From contig NC_043003.1 in assembly GCF_006345805.1 (NCBI RefSeq), positions 36,890,001 through 36,954,000 of the forward strand: a DNA stretch of 64,000 nucleotides, in the 5' to 3' direction. Below are positions 11,401 to 25,084 of the stretch, in pieces; positions within the stretch are counted from its first letter, which is position 1, and every line of letters starts with the position of its first letter. The notes under the pieces are model-generated. The model made no database searches, was not told where the DNA came from, and saw nothing but the letters and a program-made list of their open reading frames with translations. Source of the DNA: Octopus sinensis (taxonomy: Eukaryota). The position numbers were made by a program, and so were the translations under genes.

Positions 11401-12101
11401 TGATGTAGAATGAATATACATCCCAAAGTGATGTAGAATGAATATACATCTCCAGATAAGCCTGCCATGCATAGCTGAAAGTATTGAGAAGGAGAAAGAT
11501 AATTTAGTCAAGTATAGTAGAATATCCAATGAGAGACTGAGAAGATCAAACATGCAAGAAGGCCTACTGTGAAATGTTGAAGTCATAGAAAATATGAAGA
11601 ATATTAAAAAGGAATTAACTGATTGAAAGTGTTACTGTACACACCCTTTGTCTTGGTGTAAAAGATGGGCTACAACAAATATTCCGATGAACACCATAGA
11701 TTTGTTTGTATGATCTTAATCAGTTGAGCACGCCCTGTGGTGACTGACGATATGTGCATCTGTGATCACGAGCAGAGGATGTTAGTGAGCCATATGTTGA
11801 GAGGAGTTCTTTGAGCTTTGAATAATTCACATCTGGAAACAAGGATGTTTTATTCATTATCCTTCAACAACGACATTTTGGTCGGGATAGGCTACTCAAC
11901 CTAAGGAAAATTCTAACTGCACTTCTACCTGAAAGGTCATGCACTTCTTATCTTGATATGAGATAATAATATCGTACACATTTGATTGTGGTGCATGGGT
12001 CTATTGTACCCTTCTCGGACGAGTAGTCATGATGGGTATTTTGGGCTTCATATATTTGTACCCCAGTATAACTTTGATGGTGTGAGCTGATGTCTCACTC
12101 A
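11401..12101 (+). mobile_element. Repeat family C, longer diverged copy with a possible Dong-like linker remnant at its 5' side
   Basis: 11660-12101 aligns to family C; 11460-11620 translates to AESIEKEKDNLVKYSRISNERL, weakly like the post-RT linker of Dong elements. Confidence 0.5.
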
Positions 12102-12260
12102 GTAACAATGATAATGATGATTATGATGATGATGATGATGATGATAATGATGACGACGACGACGACGACGACGACGATGATGATGATGAGGATGAAGATG
12201 ATGATGACGACGATGACGACGACGACAACGACGACGACGATGAAGATGATGATGGCAATT
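12102..12260. repeat. (ATG)n/(ACG)n trinucleotide tract at the tail of repeat C
   Basis: Direct reading. Confidence 0.9.
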
Positions 12261-13061
12261 ACAGCGCATCTGAACACAAAAGCGGAAACATCTGTACGCC
12301 AATATGTTGTTTAATACATTTTGCAAGATAAATATTTTACTGTGAGAAACTTGTGATGCCGATTCCATTATCCCAATGCGAGACAAATAAAGCAAATGAT
12401 TTATTGAATTCCGACATTATATTAAGTTGTATATATTTTGTCGACCTACATTGGATAGGCTAAAAAGCTAACTCAATGTTGCTATCGTTAAATACTTAGC
12501 TGAATTTTAGAGAAATAGATACACAAGTGCATCTAGCGTGACTATATACTGACTTGGTAATGTCTACAAGCCTTACAACAACTATAAAATCCTCATTACA
12601 TCTGAACTGTATAAAAACTTTATTGTAAATGACAGCGCTAAATTAAAAAGAATCACATGGGACATAATTGACATATCTTGATTACTTTCCAATTAACTTT
12701 TCAAGACTGTCAATGTTGTACGTTGTTAGAATTTCAAACTGACCAAAAGCTAGCGTAGAGTTTTCTTACTGTCAGCAATTGTAGCTTTGTTGAAAGTAAA
12801 AAGCAACAAATGTTTCGAGACTTGTCAGACGCACGTTGACGAGTCTCGATCATGCAATACTTTCAACTGCCCACTAAATTCTGACTCTGTAGTAGAGAAC
12901 GCATTTTTTTATAATTCTGTCCGTTCCTGAGATAGTGTAAATTTTTTCATGAGCCAGGAAGGTTAAAAATTATTGGCCAGTAATAACTGTGGAAGTGTTA
13001 TAAATAATTCTAAAACTTGTTTCTTTTTTTTTTATTTTCATTTCGCTACGATGCAACATGC

Positions 13062-13362
13062 GGAGGCGCAATGGCCCAGTGGTTAGGGCAGCGAACTCGC
13101 GATCGGAAGATCGCGGTTTCGATTCCCAGACCGGGCGTTGTGTGTGTTTATTGAATGAAAACACCTAAAAGCTCCACGAGGCTCCGGGAGGGGTTGGTGT
13201 CGAAACCTGTTGTACTCTTTCGCCCCAACTTTCTCTCACTCTCCTGTTTCTTGAGTAACGCTGCGATGGACTGGCGTCCCGTCCAGCTGGGCGGAACACA
13301 TACGACACAGAAACCGGGAAACCGGGCTCATGAGCCTGGCTAGGCTTGAAAAGGGCGAAAGA
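13062..13362 (+). mobile_element. tRNA-headed SINE, family D (tail type 1)
   Basis: GGCGCAATGGCCCAGTGGTTAGG...GGTTTCGATTCCC head; GCGATGGACTGGCGTCCCGTCCAG segment resembling V-/Meta-SINE modules. Confidence 0.8.
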
Positions 13363-13769
13363 GAAAGAGACGAGGCAACATAGTGGTACTGCTCCAAATG
13401 ATCTAGTGGATTGTATCCATCCACCTATTTACTTTAGTTTCGTAATTGTTTTAACGATCTATCTTTCGATTCGCTAAATTATGGCTGTGTAGCGGTGTAG
13501 AATGCAAACAATACCGGTTTTTAGGCCGTGACAACATAATTATACAGGCACTCACATACGTGTAGGGGGGGGGGTGATTATTTAAATGTATGTGCTGGTG
13601 CTTTGAAAATCATGAATAATGTGAAACAATAGTGCCTTCAATAGTTTCTTATTTATTGATGATTACCCTGTTCAAATGTATGGATTATTATTTGTAGTTC
13701 ATGATCAGCTTTGTTACCGACAAAGACAGGAATTTTGATTCCTAATGACATATTTTCGGATTCACTCCA

Positions 13770-13894
13770 CTGCATGGCAAGTGGGGTAAATGTCTTCTAC
13801 TACAGTAACCCAGCTGACCAAAGCCTTATGAGTTGATTTGGTAGACGGAATCTGAACGAAAGCCATCTTGTATAGATAGATAGACAAATAGATT

Positions 13895-13943
<49 letters not shown>

Positions 13944-14365
13944 ATAGATAGGTATGTAGGTAGGTAGGTAGGTAGGTAGTGTTCTGACTGGTCATTTGAA
14001 GAAGCGCATGAATACAGCTATTGTTTAGTCATAGTAGTACAATATTGCGTATAATTTAGGTAACACTGATTATATATATATATGTGTGTGTGTTGTGTGT
14101 GTGTGTGTGTGTGTGTGTCTGCGTGTGTCTGTGTGTGTGTGTATAAACATATATGGAGGTGTATGTCTGTGTATACATATATATGTGCGCGCGCATGCCT
14201 CCCCCCACACACAAACCCCTTGGCAACCGGTGTTTGAGTTCCCGTAAATTAGTGGTTCAGCAAAAGAAAAACGATAGAAATTGTATCGAGCATGGAGAAA
14301 AATACGCATTGAGATCGATTCGTTCGGTCATAACACTTCAAGGCGGTGCTCATGCATAGCCGTAA
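13770..14365 (+). mobile_element. Fragmented SINE family B pieces around (GATA)n and (GT)n tracts
   Basis: 13770-13872 core (GACCAAAGCCTT...GGTAGACGGAA) and 14150-14365 3' part. Confidence 0.55.
13873..13978. repeat. (GATA)n/(GGTA)n microsatellite
   Basis: Direct reading. Confidence 0.95.
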
Positions 14366-15634
14366 TCCTGTGTTTAAAGAAAAAGCAAAAGAAAAGATAT
14401 CTGTATACATACCTAGAGAACTCAAGCATTTTCCCTGTAACGAATTTCACTCATTTGTATTAGTGAAACCAAGTCTACCACAAACGACTCTTAAAATTTT
14501 ATTGGTATCGAAGCTAGCATTACGTAGATGTATATCGAACTTTTTAATCACTTACACTTTTACTTATTTCTATAGCATAATTTAAGATACTTTGCTGCAA
14601 TTAGGGCGGAAATATTTTGCAGTCTGAACTTCAAATAAGCTGATTTCAAATATAACTGATATTGATACGGCCGTTATATTACCTTCGGTTTATTTTAAAC
14701 TGGGCATACGTTTACTTTACTATAAAGACCGTAATATTAGAAACTGTGACGTTTACGCTCCTGTACCTATTGCTGATGGCTTTAAACATCATACAGTAAT
14801 ATAACTATTGAATAACTAATGTAAAGAATGATTGAGTCCGCTTGTACCTTTTATTGCTGCTACTTGGATGACTGTAAGAGATATACATATAGGCTATTTG
14901 AGTCATTAATTGACAGTTATGTAAAGTAAAATAGCTTTAACATCGAAACGTCTTATTTAACAGTTACTTGTCTAAAGTTCGTGTTGATACCAAAAATTTT
15001 CTCTCTTAACTTAAACACAAGGACATTTTTATTCCTGAAGACGTAGAAAATAAGCCAATTCTAAAATTTTATTAGTAGTCGTTCTCTTGCTCCGAAAGTG
15101 ATCTCTTTTTTTTTATTTTCTTTCTTTGTATATCAGAGTCAATTTTTACTGCTACGTTCTCTTTATTTAGTATGCCAAACACATTGGCAACAAAGCAGCG
15201 AATGCGTGCAGTAAATAGGAAAAATAATAGATACTTTGATGTAGTTATATTCAACAAAAAGAACAAAAATACCAATAGAATCCTTACAAAGGTGTAATAA
15301 ACTTGAAAATTAACAATCTACGAATGTTTGGTGCTGAGCCATAGAAATAGATATTGTGCCTTGTGAGGCCGAAACTTATCCGGTATGGTTTTCAAGGCGT
15401 CTTCTAGGCTTGTACAAGATTCCTCCTTGAACAGGCAGCCACTCGTTCGTTGCAGGATTAAATCTGATGCCACTACTATGAATTTTCAGCTTAACATGGT
15501 GGAGCAGTCAAATAAAAGAAATTATCTTCAAAAGAGAATGCATAGCTCTATCCAAAAATCGAGCCACTTGTCGAACGAACTGGAGTCCAAATACATGATC
15601 ACTAAGCCACTGCCTTCAAAATCAAAATATAGTC

Positions 15635-16032
15635 TTTTACTTGTTTCAGTCATTTGACTGCGGCCATACTGGAGCACCGCCTTTAGTCGAGCAAATCGAT
15701 CCCAGCATTTATTCTTTGAAAGGCTAGTATTATTCTATCCGTCTCTTTTGCCGAACCGCTAGTTTACGGGGACGTAAACACACCAACATCGGTTGTCAAG
15801 CAATGCTGGTGGGGGGCAAACATAGACACACAAACATATACACACACACACACATATATATGTATATATACATCTATACGACAGACTTCTTTCAGTTTTC
15901 GTCCACCAAATCCACTCACAAGGCTTGGGTCGACCCGAGGCTATAGTAAAAGACACTTGCTCAAGGTGCCAATCAGTGGGACTGAACCCAGAACCATGTG
16001 GTTGGTAAGCAAGCTACTTACCACACAGCCAA
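15635..16032 (-). mobile_element. SINE family B, near full length
   Basis: Aligns end to end with 3083-3485. Confidence 0.85.
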
Positions 16033-17443
16033 TGTTTATTAACTTACATTGGTTGTTTTTAATCATACGATAACCCAATCTTTGTAAAATATTTGCAGCC
16101 GCCGAGAAATAAAACTGTAGAGATATTGACGAAATAGGCAATATCTACGCAGTAATATAACAAGACTCGTACACCATAGTTCCTCATTCAAATCTCACTT
16201 GTGTGAAATTTATTTTTCATATCTCAGGATCAATATGGGGAATACCAGTAATTCATGGTGGTGATCCTATCATCACTTTCACTACAATTACGCTTCCACA
16301 ATTTGAAGAAAATAAGATTGCCGTTGGTATCGTTGTCATCGTAGATATTATTGGTAGTTTTTCTGTTGTTTTGTGAAATATACTGAAGATACACCCAACA
16401 TAGTCTGAGGAAGTATTGATGCTTGCTCTTCTTTTTGTTGATGTTAACGCCGTTATATTTTCCGTTGTAACGGTTGTGAAAAAAAAAGGTGGCAGCGGCG
16501 GCCGTAGTAGCAGCAATGCTGGTGGTGATAGCGGTGACTGTGACGGTGGCGGCGGCGGCGGCGGTGGTGATGATAGCAATAGTGAGTGACGATGGTTAAG
16601 ACCGCTATCACCAGCATCGTAGTCGTTGTCACTATCTTCATTTTCATTATCTCCTGGGAAATCACAAGTATGAATATTATAGGAAATGGAAAATTATGCA
16701 GTTTTGTTGTAAGTTAATTTGGTGAGAAATATTTGCAAGTATCACAGAAGTAAATGGGACTAATATGAGAGATTGAAAATTAAATAACTTTTATGGTATA
16801 ACACCATAGAGAATAATATAATGTTTGTAACTCAACAGAAATGCAAAACGCCCCAGCAATAACAATAACATAGGTAAGTTTAAAATAGCATTCTTCTTCC
16901 CCTACCTTTGTCCCGAACCGGTTGAGCTATACACGATTCTTAACTGTAACGTTTCTTATGCTATTGTATTTTAATCAAAGGTTAAAATGTTCAGAAATTT
17001 TCATTTAGCGAATGCAGTTCAGACATACGAAATATATTCGTGAAAGAATAATGAGAGGCGACGAACCTCCTCTCCCTGTTACACTGTTTGGTCTATAGAG
17101 AAATGTCCACCATGTCGGTTTTTAATTGAGTTGATTAAATATTTCATGAATAAATAGAAATTTGCCAATTACAAAATAAAAATAAACCTACGATATTAAA
17201 AATAGAATAATATCGACCAGAAAATTCTGTGAGACCGAATTCACCGTACAATAAAACAGACGACAAACAATTTGAAATATTTGTAATTTAAACACACACA
17301 CACACATACACACCCGCGCGCACATACGGCCGCACGTGCACACACACAAATACAAGCTCACACACACAAACACAAGCACACGCTCACCCACTAGCACACA
17401 TGCATACACATATATATATGAACATATGTATCTACATATATTC

Positions 17444-17484
<41 letters not shown>

Positions 17485-17508
17485 CTACTTATATGTTTCT
17501 ATACACTT

Positions 17509-17547
<39 letters not shown>

Positions 17548-17690
17548 GCAAATAAGTGTCGTCATAATAAATCGAGAGAGTACATCTCAACTTTTCTAAG
17601 AAAACTATAACTCGTGTGTATTGGGATATATGTGTGATAGAAATTCTCGAAAATGTATATATTTATATATCTATCTATCTATCTATATAT

Positions 17691-17765
<75 letters not shown>

Positions 17766-17825
17766 TATATATAATATATATATATATATATATGTATAGT
17801 GTTTAGTCGAGACATATACATACAA

Positions 17826-17874
<49 letters not shown>

Positions 17875-18009
17875 AAACACACACATACATACGTATGTAT
17901 GTATGCATTTATTCGTGTTTGTATACACTATATAGGCCAGTTTCGATACTCCAAATTAAGGCTTCTAGTAAATAACAATTATAAAAGTGATATTAATAAT
18001 GGTTCCAGT

Positions 18010-18195
18010 TTTTGCAACAAGGTCATCCATTTTGGAGGAGAAGACGATTCCATTACATCAACTTGTATTTCATATACCCACCCGGAATGGATGTGAGGCA
18101 ACGTCGAAGTCGGCGGAATTTCAACGCAAAGCGAGATACCGCCAAGTATTTCGGCCACCACACTAATGATTCTGCCAGCTCAACGCCTTAATAAT
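18010..18195 (-). mobile_element. SINE family A (A2 tail), diverged
   Basis: TTCTGCCAGCTC head and GTCGGCGGAATTT body in reverse; next to (AAT)n. Confidence 0.6.
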
Positions 18196-18201
18196 GATGA
18201 T

Positions 18202-18239
<38 letters not shown>

Positions 18240-18524
18240 TAAAAATAATAGTAATAATAATAATAATAAAGTTTACAATATGACTGAAAGCTTGTGGAGG
18301 GAAGGTAGTGAAATATTTTCATGTAATACAGCGCATTCATTTAAATGGATTTAAAAGCTAATAAGCCAGGTGTTTTGTGGCAATGGTTTCAGGATATTTT
18401 GTGGCAGTGCTTTCATCTCTTATCCTTCACTCGCCCCAGGACTCTGGGTGTGAATCGCCAAGTGACTGTATCAAAGATGCAGATTAAAAGGAAGAAGAAG
18501 AAGAAGAAGAAGAAGAAGAAGAAG

Positions 18525-18555
<31 letters not shown>

Positions 18556-20608
18556 GCAACAACAATAAGGTTGTGTTACTTAGGCTCGAGGGATAAACGT
18601 AAAATGAATAAAGAAACCAGAAAATTACATATCTCTGATGCAGCATATAAGAGAAAATATGTGTACTAGTACTTCATAATCCTTTCTACGCAAACATCTA
18701 CTTCTGTGACTATCCACTTCATCAGACTAGCGAAAATCGAACGCTTTTCAGCAGCATTTAATGTAGTCGATATATATATATATATTTACGTTTGGGTATT
18801 AATCCAGGAGTTTACTTAATTAAACTCATCCACAGGTATTAGTTATCAGACATGATAGTAATCTGGAGATTGACTTATTAAACATGTTGAAAATTAATAA
18901 ACATCCGAAGAGTTTTATATTATTAAAAACCAGAAGAATGGAGTAAACATATCCTTTTAATACATCTATTTACAATTGTTTCATCGCAATAATATGTTTC
19001 ATTAATCTTGTTGCATTATGCAATAATATATACAACTAGAGGTTATTCTCCTGCTGGCATTGATATAACACATGCCGATTCAAAATAATCAAGATTACGT
19101 ATCAAGATCATTTGCTGAAGGAACTTGGAATTATCTAGATTTCATGCAAACACCGTGTTTGGACTGGTTACAGGATCACATTTACATATCATAAGCAAAG
19201 CAAACCACTGCTGAGCATCAAGCGGTCGCGGAAGATAAACGAAAAATATACAGGAAAAGTATTTTGTGTTTTTATGCGTTATAGTAAATTATTGGCTTTT
19301 TGTCAGTTTCCATATCAGTAAAAATAATTTTATAGTTGCGTTCTTCATATAGTTTTATGGTTCCTAAAATCACTCGTTTCATCAATTATTGAAATAAAAA
19401 AAAATTCAAAGCAAACATACATCTATATTTTTATAACTCCAAAAGTTTGTCGCCTGCCCAATTATAGCAATCAGCCATGCGTCAGCTACCTCAATAGCCA
19501 GCAATCGCCACAAACGCACACACAAATACACGCAGAAAAATACAGAAGACGTGCGCACAAATATTTTCAATGTCTTATAAGCTACGTCTTACTAAGTAAA
19601 ATATATATTTGAAAAATGAGAAAATAAGTTAATATATACGTGGACACTCACTTAAAAGATATTTGTAAAAATTCTTAATTGTAATTAATTCAGTCATTTA
19701 TCAAACTAATAGTGTATGTAATTATAAATAAATAACAACATATATAATAGTTTGCCAGTGTCTATATGTTTTCGTGATACCCAAATTTAAAAGTTTGTAT
19801 TCGTTCAAGTATAGCCCTTTTAAGTCCAGGATAAATGTACAAGTCTGTTTAGAAATCTTCCCAAGATGGGTTTTGTTATGTCGCACATTCGGATGCCTCT
19901 ACTACTCAACTTCGACTCTCTACTGCTACTCTGCTCTCGAACTCTAGGCTTCTGCCTCTATATCTACTTATTGGGCTTGCCTACTTCATTGTCTGGGGGA
20001 GGGATGTCCGCACAATAGGTTTGTAATAGTGATCGGAAAAATTAGTAATTCTATTACTAAATATATTGTGTCGTATTTATTCAAAGCTTTCCCATACTTA
20101 CGGTGGCATCTCATAAATAATTCAGTGTTAATGAAATAAATTTTGATTTATATAGTAAATACATAATATATCTAGTAAACACAGATTACATAACTTCGAA
20201 TTCCCATCATGCGAGTAAGCAGTTTCTTAGTATAGAGCAGGAAATATTGTAATGAATCTTTTTTCCGAGAACTGCTATTTGAGGTTAACCAAAGAAGTAT
20301 TATGTCTCTTCCTTATATCCCGGAATCACACGATATGGTTACGCTAACGGTCTGTGTTTAAAATCCCTCGTTGCATTTTCATATCTTATTTGTTCTTTGC
20401 ACTTCAAACAGAGCAGTATATACAATATTTTTGAGGCGACAGATATTATTCAGAGAATACACATTTCTACTTCTGGAATTGCATCTTTTAATATTAATAG
20501 TATTAATATTTTAGTATTAATAGTATTACCATTTATATAGCATTGCCAATTATAGTCTTGCCTTTATTCATGTTACTACTACTACTACTACTAATAATAA
20601 TAATAATG

Positions 20609-20670
<62 letters not shown>

Positions 20671-21835
20671 TTCAATGCCAAAAAATTCATTACGCAATGA
20701 ATACCTGGGCAGTTACTGTGGTCAGATATAGTGCGTCCATCCTCAAATGGACTAAGGAGGAAATATCAAGACTGGATAGAAGGGCGAAAAGTTGATGACG
20801 CTGCATGGGGCGCCACATCCTAAAGCAAACGTAAACAGACTGTATATTAAAAGAAAGAATGGTGGCAGATGACTTATTAGTATAGACCATTGTATAAGGA
20901 GAACGCTTGCCGAGTATTTGATAAATACTGATGAAGACCTGCTGCAATATGCCGCGAAAAGTATGAATGTAAATGCAGACGAACTTATGGCAAGGAAGAG
21001 TTTACCCAAAGACCTTAGGAGAAGAGGAAAGAAAACCTTCTTTAAATGAGAATGCATGGACAGTTTAAAAGGAATACGCTGGACGTTAAAGATAATACAG
21101 CATCGTGGGTATGGCTTGAAGCGAGGTGATCTGAAGTGTACCACCGAAAAACCTGATCATTGCTGCACAAGATTAAGCGCTCCCTACCAAGTCAGTGAAG
21201 TATAAAATCTATAAAACTTCTGACACTTAGAAATGCAGACTCTGTGGAAAGAGCGTGGAAAATGTGACCCACTTGGTAAGTCGATGTGAGAGCCTTGCAC
21301 ACAAAGAATGCAAGCGCCACCACGATAAGGTATTTGTGCATCTTCATTGGCTCTTATGCCGTAAATACCAATATGAAGTAACAGAGAACTGGTATGAGCA
21401 TGTAACAAGTAAATTTATGCAAGAGGATGGGAAAATAACGATACTCTGGGACTATGATTTTCAGACGGAGCGTGTAATTGAACACCTTCGGCTAGATATT
21501 ATCATATTGAATAAGAGACACAAATGGTGTCAGGTCATTTATGTAGACATTCCAAATCACATGAATGATGTGAGTAAAGAGGTCGAAAAATTCACCAAGT
21601 ACTCCGAATTGAAAGTGGAAATGGCAAGACTGTATGGAATGCGAGAGGGTAATGTAAAAGTGATACCAGAAGTGATCGGAGCGTTGGGCTCGATCCTATT
21701 GAAACTTCAAGACTTCTTAAGGCAACTGGAAATCCCAAGCAAGACTGATGTCGTGCAAAAAGAATCTTATTGGGCACAGCGCACATCTTAAGGTAAGTAT
21801 TATCTGTTTGAGGCCCTTCTGTGACATGACAGATG
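20671..21835 (+). mobile_element. Dong-like RLE LINE subfamily c, decayed 3' part
   Basis: NTWAVTVVRYSA...HPKANVNRLYIKRKNGGR thumb region; ENVTHLVSRC, HHD, ILWDYDFQT, K..KY..L, VIGALG; begins directly after (AAT)n. Confidence 0.8.
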
Positions 21836-21839
21836 ACAG

Positions 21840-22029
21840 AAAGGGAAAGTTTACGAAAATAAACAAAAGACGAAGGCAGGAGGTGTACAAACAAACAGAT
21901 GTATTAGTATAGCGCTCAGGAATAGAAAACGTCTGTTACGTTTCGAGCCTATGCTCTTCTACAGAAAGATACACAGAAAAAAACAAGGAGAGAAAAAAAT
22001 GTGTATAGTAGCTAACGATCTATCATGGC

Positions 22030-22030
<1 letters not shown>
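21840..22030 (-). mobile_element. Short Penelope-like or retrozyme-like element with a variant hammerhead
   Basis: Shares GCGCTCAGGAA and ACGTTTCGAG...GCTCTT...CAGAAA with 2835-3007; (TA)n on the right. Confidence 0.55.
21932..21969 (-). ncRNA. Variant hammerhead motif (CUGUAGA core)
   Basis: UCUUU-CUGUAGA-A-GAGC(AUAG)GCUC-GAAA-CGU-A-ACAGA; A6 replaced by U; one stem I mismatch. Confidence 0.5.
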
Positions 22031-22086
<56 letters not shown>

Positions 22087-22169
22087 ATATCATGGAATAG
22101 TTAGTATAAAGCATTGTGTAGAATATATATGAAATTTGTGGATAAGGCCGGAATAATGCTTATTTTCTT

Positions 22170-22362
22170 TCTAAGCGTGGTACTTTTTTACGTGCCTCTT
22201 ATGCCGAACCACTAAGTTACAGGGATGTAAACACACCAACACCAGTCGTCAAGTGCTAGTGTGGGACAAACACAGACCCAAAGACTGACAAAGACACACA
22301 TATTTACGCACGCATGTACACGCATAGACACACACTCACACACAGACGTGTGTGTGTATATT

Positions 22363-22441
<79 letters not shown>

Positions 22442-23870
22442 ACGGTTGACTAGGTGCATTTCTGGTGACCCACATAGGAATAATGGCACCATGATGTCTG
22501 GTGAAAATGTGACAGTCTTTTGTCTAATGGAGGACTGATGGGTTTTGGAATGACCTGTGACCTCGTGCGGCTGAGAAGAGGGTCAGGAGAATGTGAGAGA
22601 AGAGGACAGATTAAGGGCTGAGAGCAAATAGAGATAGAGTATAAGACTAAGGGACAGATAGAGAGGAAGAGTCTGGCAGGCGATAGAGATAGGCAGTAAG
22701 ATCAGAGAGCAGATAGAGAGGCTAAGGGACAGTAGGCGATAGCGATAGAGTAAGAGCAGAGGGCAAATAGAAAGGATAAGCAGTAAGGGACAGATTGAGG
22801 ATATAGATAGAGTATAGGGGCCAGGGCAGTTAGAGAGGGTGTGAGCGGTACAGAGGGAGATGAGGGAGTGGAAGCGAGGACAGAGACGAAGTGAGGTCTT
22901 GGCAGTCGTTGAGCGGTCGTCGAAGAACACGGACGGATCTGGCAGTTCGTGGCTGGTCGTCGAAGAAGAGAGACGGACTCTGGAGGTCAGAGCGAGTGGA
23001 TGGAACCTTGGATTTAAGGAGCAAGCGTTGGAATTCCTGGGAGCGAGCTGGAATGCGAGGAGGCCTAGGAGCAAGCGATTGGAATATGCACAGAGGGGAA
23101 TTAGCAGAGTATTCAGAGGATTTAGCAGTATTAAGAGATGAGTGCAGAATGGGACACTGGCGATTCAGTTAGGAATTAAGGTATGTGATTGTGTATTGAT
23201 ATGTGTCACGGTGTATTGAACAGTGTAAAAGAAAAGAAGAGAAAGAAGAGAGAAAAAGAAGGACTCTGTCGATGTAGTCGATAAAGAACATTGTGAATTG
23301 AGTAAAGGACTTGTTGAATTGTAACGTGAATTGTTGTGATACGAACATTGTATAATGTATCGAAGTGTTCTGATTGGACTGTGACGTATCGTGTACATTA
23401 TTTGATCTGGACTTGTTGTGTCGTTACTGAACACTGTTATATTGTTACATGCATGTTGTTAAATGCTTTGATCTGTGGTATACCGTATGATGTATTGATT
23501 TGTTGTTTGCCTTAAATGTATTTGATGTGTAGCAATTGATTGTCGTATAAACTGTTGTTTGAATATAAGCCAGTGTTGCCAGTTGTTGCCTTGCCTCTTT
23601 GGGTTGTATCTCGGGTTGTGCCTCTGTATCTCTGTGCTGTTGAGGTTGTGGCAGTATCTATCAGTACCTCTCCTCTCTCCTCTTTGGGTTCCGTGGCGAA
23701 CTTGTGCCGTTCGGGACGGGCGACGACGGGTGATTCCGTAACAATATATATATATATACGCACACACATACACGATGCTCTTCTTTCAGTTTCTGTCTAC
23801 CAAATCCACTCACAAGGCTTTCATTGGCCCGAGGTTATAGTAGAAGACAATTGTCGAAGGTGCCAAGGAT
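22170..23870 (-). mobile_element. SINE family B split by the solo LTR (pieces 22170-22330 and 23755-23870)
   Basis: 3' part lies left of the LTR and core part right of it; the LTR sits in the SINE's internal (TA/CA) tract. Confidence 0.6.
22438..23743. mobile_element. Solo LTR (probably Ty3/Gypsy), 1306 bp
   Basis: Termini TGTTACGG...CCGTAACA (8-bp inverted repeat, TG...CA); ATAT on both sides; no internal ORF. Confidence 0.75.
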
Positions 23871-25084
23871 GTATGTATGTATGCATGTATGTATGCATTA
23901 CGTATCTATACGCGTATATGTACGTATATAATACACGCACACACACACACAACACACACACACATATATATATATAATTATAGTCAAGAGAAGTCTATAG
24001 TTGTGTAATTCCCACAACTCTAAGTGACGTGGCCCCAGTAATTCTAAACATGCTTTGCATATAGGGATATAGTGCAGGAGAAACTGTAAATCAATATAAA
24101 GCAGCTTATTCAAACAGACACGTACTCTGTTTTCCCACATCGTAAAATTTATAATTGATTCCCGTTCTTTTATATTCGTATATATGCATATGTGCATATA
24201 TGTCAATATATATGTGTATATATACATGTAAATAGGAATGTGCGTGTGCGTGTGTGTGTGTGTCTACGTGTGTGTGTGCAACCTTTTCATATTTTATTTC
24301 ATTGTTTTGGTTTATTTCCCTCGTATGACAGCTAGTCTTTTAATAAATCATGAAGAAATTTTGACAATTTCCAATGTGTCTCTTAACCTACAGAAAACCA
24401 TATGTGCCCTGTCAAACTCCAGGGGAAAAAATAAGCGAGGTTTTGTTTATAGCGTAAGAGTGAGCATCTCTCACAAAAGTTTTATGGTTTTCTTTTTTTT
24501 AATACGTTTATACATTTATATATTTTGTGTTCTTAGTTATACAGTTGTTTATACATATATGTATATTCATTTATAGGGAACTTAACTCTTTTCATCTTGA
24601 CTACTACCAAACTTTAATGTATATTTCACGCCTATATGTTTTGTCCGATTTTCTCACTACTTGTCAAGTGAAACAACTTCAATGAAACATTTTACTGGTC
24701 GTAAATATCAGCGACAAGGTTTCATATTCTTGTTAATCAAACTTTACACTTCTATTCAACAAACCCGACATCTCACACTTTTCCTTTATTCTCACTGCAT
24801 TTTTCTTATTTTCCCTTCTTTTTTTTCTTTCTTTTGTGAAGATAATGTTTTATGGCCATATTTCTATTATTCCTTCTGATACATTTTATCCTCTTATTCT
24901 CCCGCCTCTGCTTTTCTTCGCTTTATATTTTTTCTCCCTTTCTTACTTATTTTTTCTCCTCCTTCCACTTCTCCTCCTTCGTCTGAATTTTATTTATGAG
25001 ACCAAAAAGAAAACGAAAAATAAGAGAGGTGGATTGATAGAATTTTTAGACCACCGGACAAACAGCCTTGCAAGATTAACTATG

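Noticed and set aside
12798-12858. Fourth hammerhead candidate on the minus strand (GAGAC/GUCUC-GAAA-CAUUUGU-U)
   Set aside because: The upstream core reads AUGAUC, not CUGANGA, and stem I is only 2 bp; at best a decayed relic
13062-13140. tRNA genes (also the heads at 1440-1515, 35483-35550, 41500-41578, 46168-46255)
   Set aside because: A/B boxes run directly into SINE bodies and I could not fold a complete cloverleaf
22583-23172. Overlapping 93-163-aa ORFs
   Set aside because: They lie in the purine-rich repetitive part of the solo LTR and carry no gag/pol motifs
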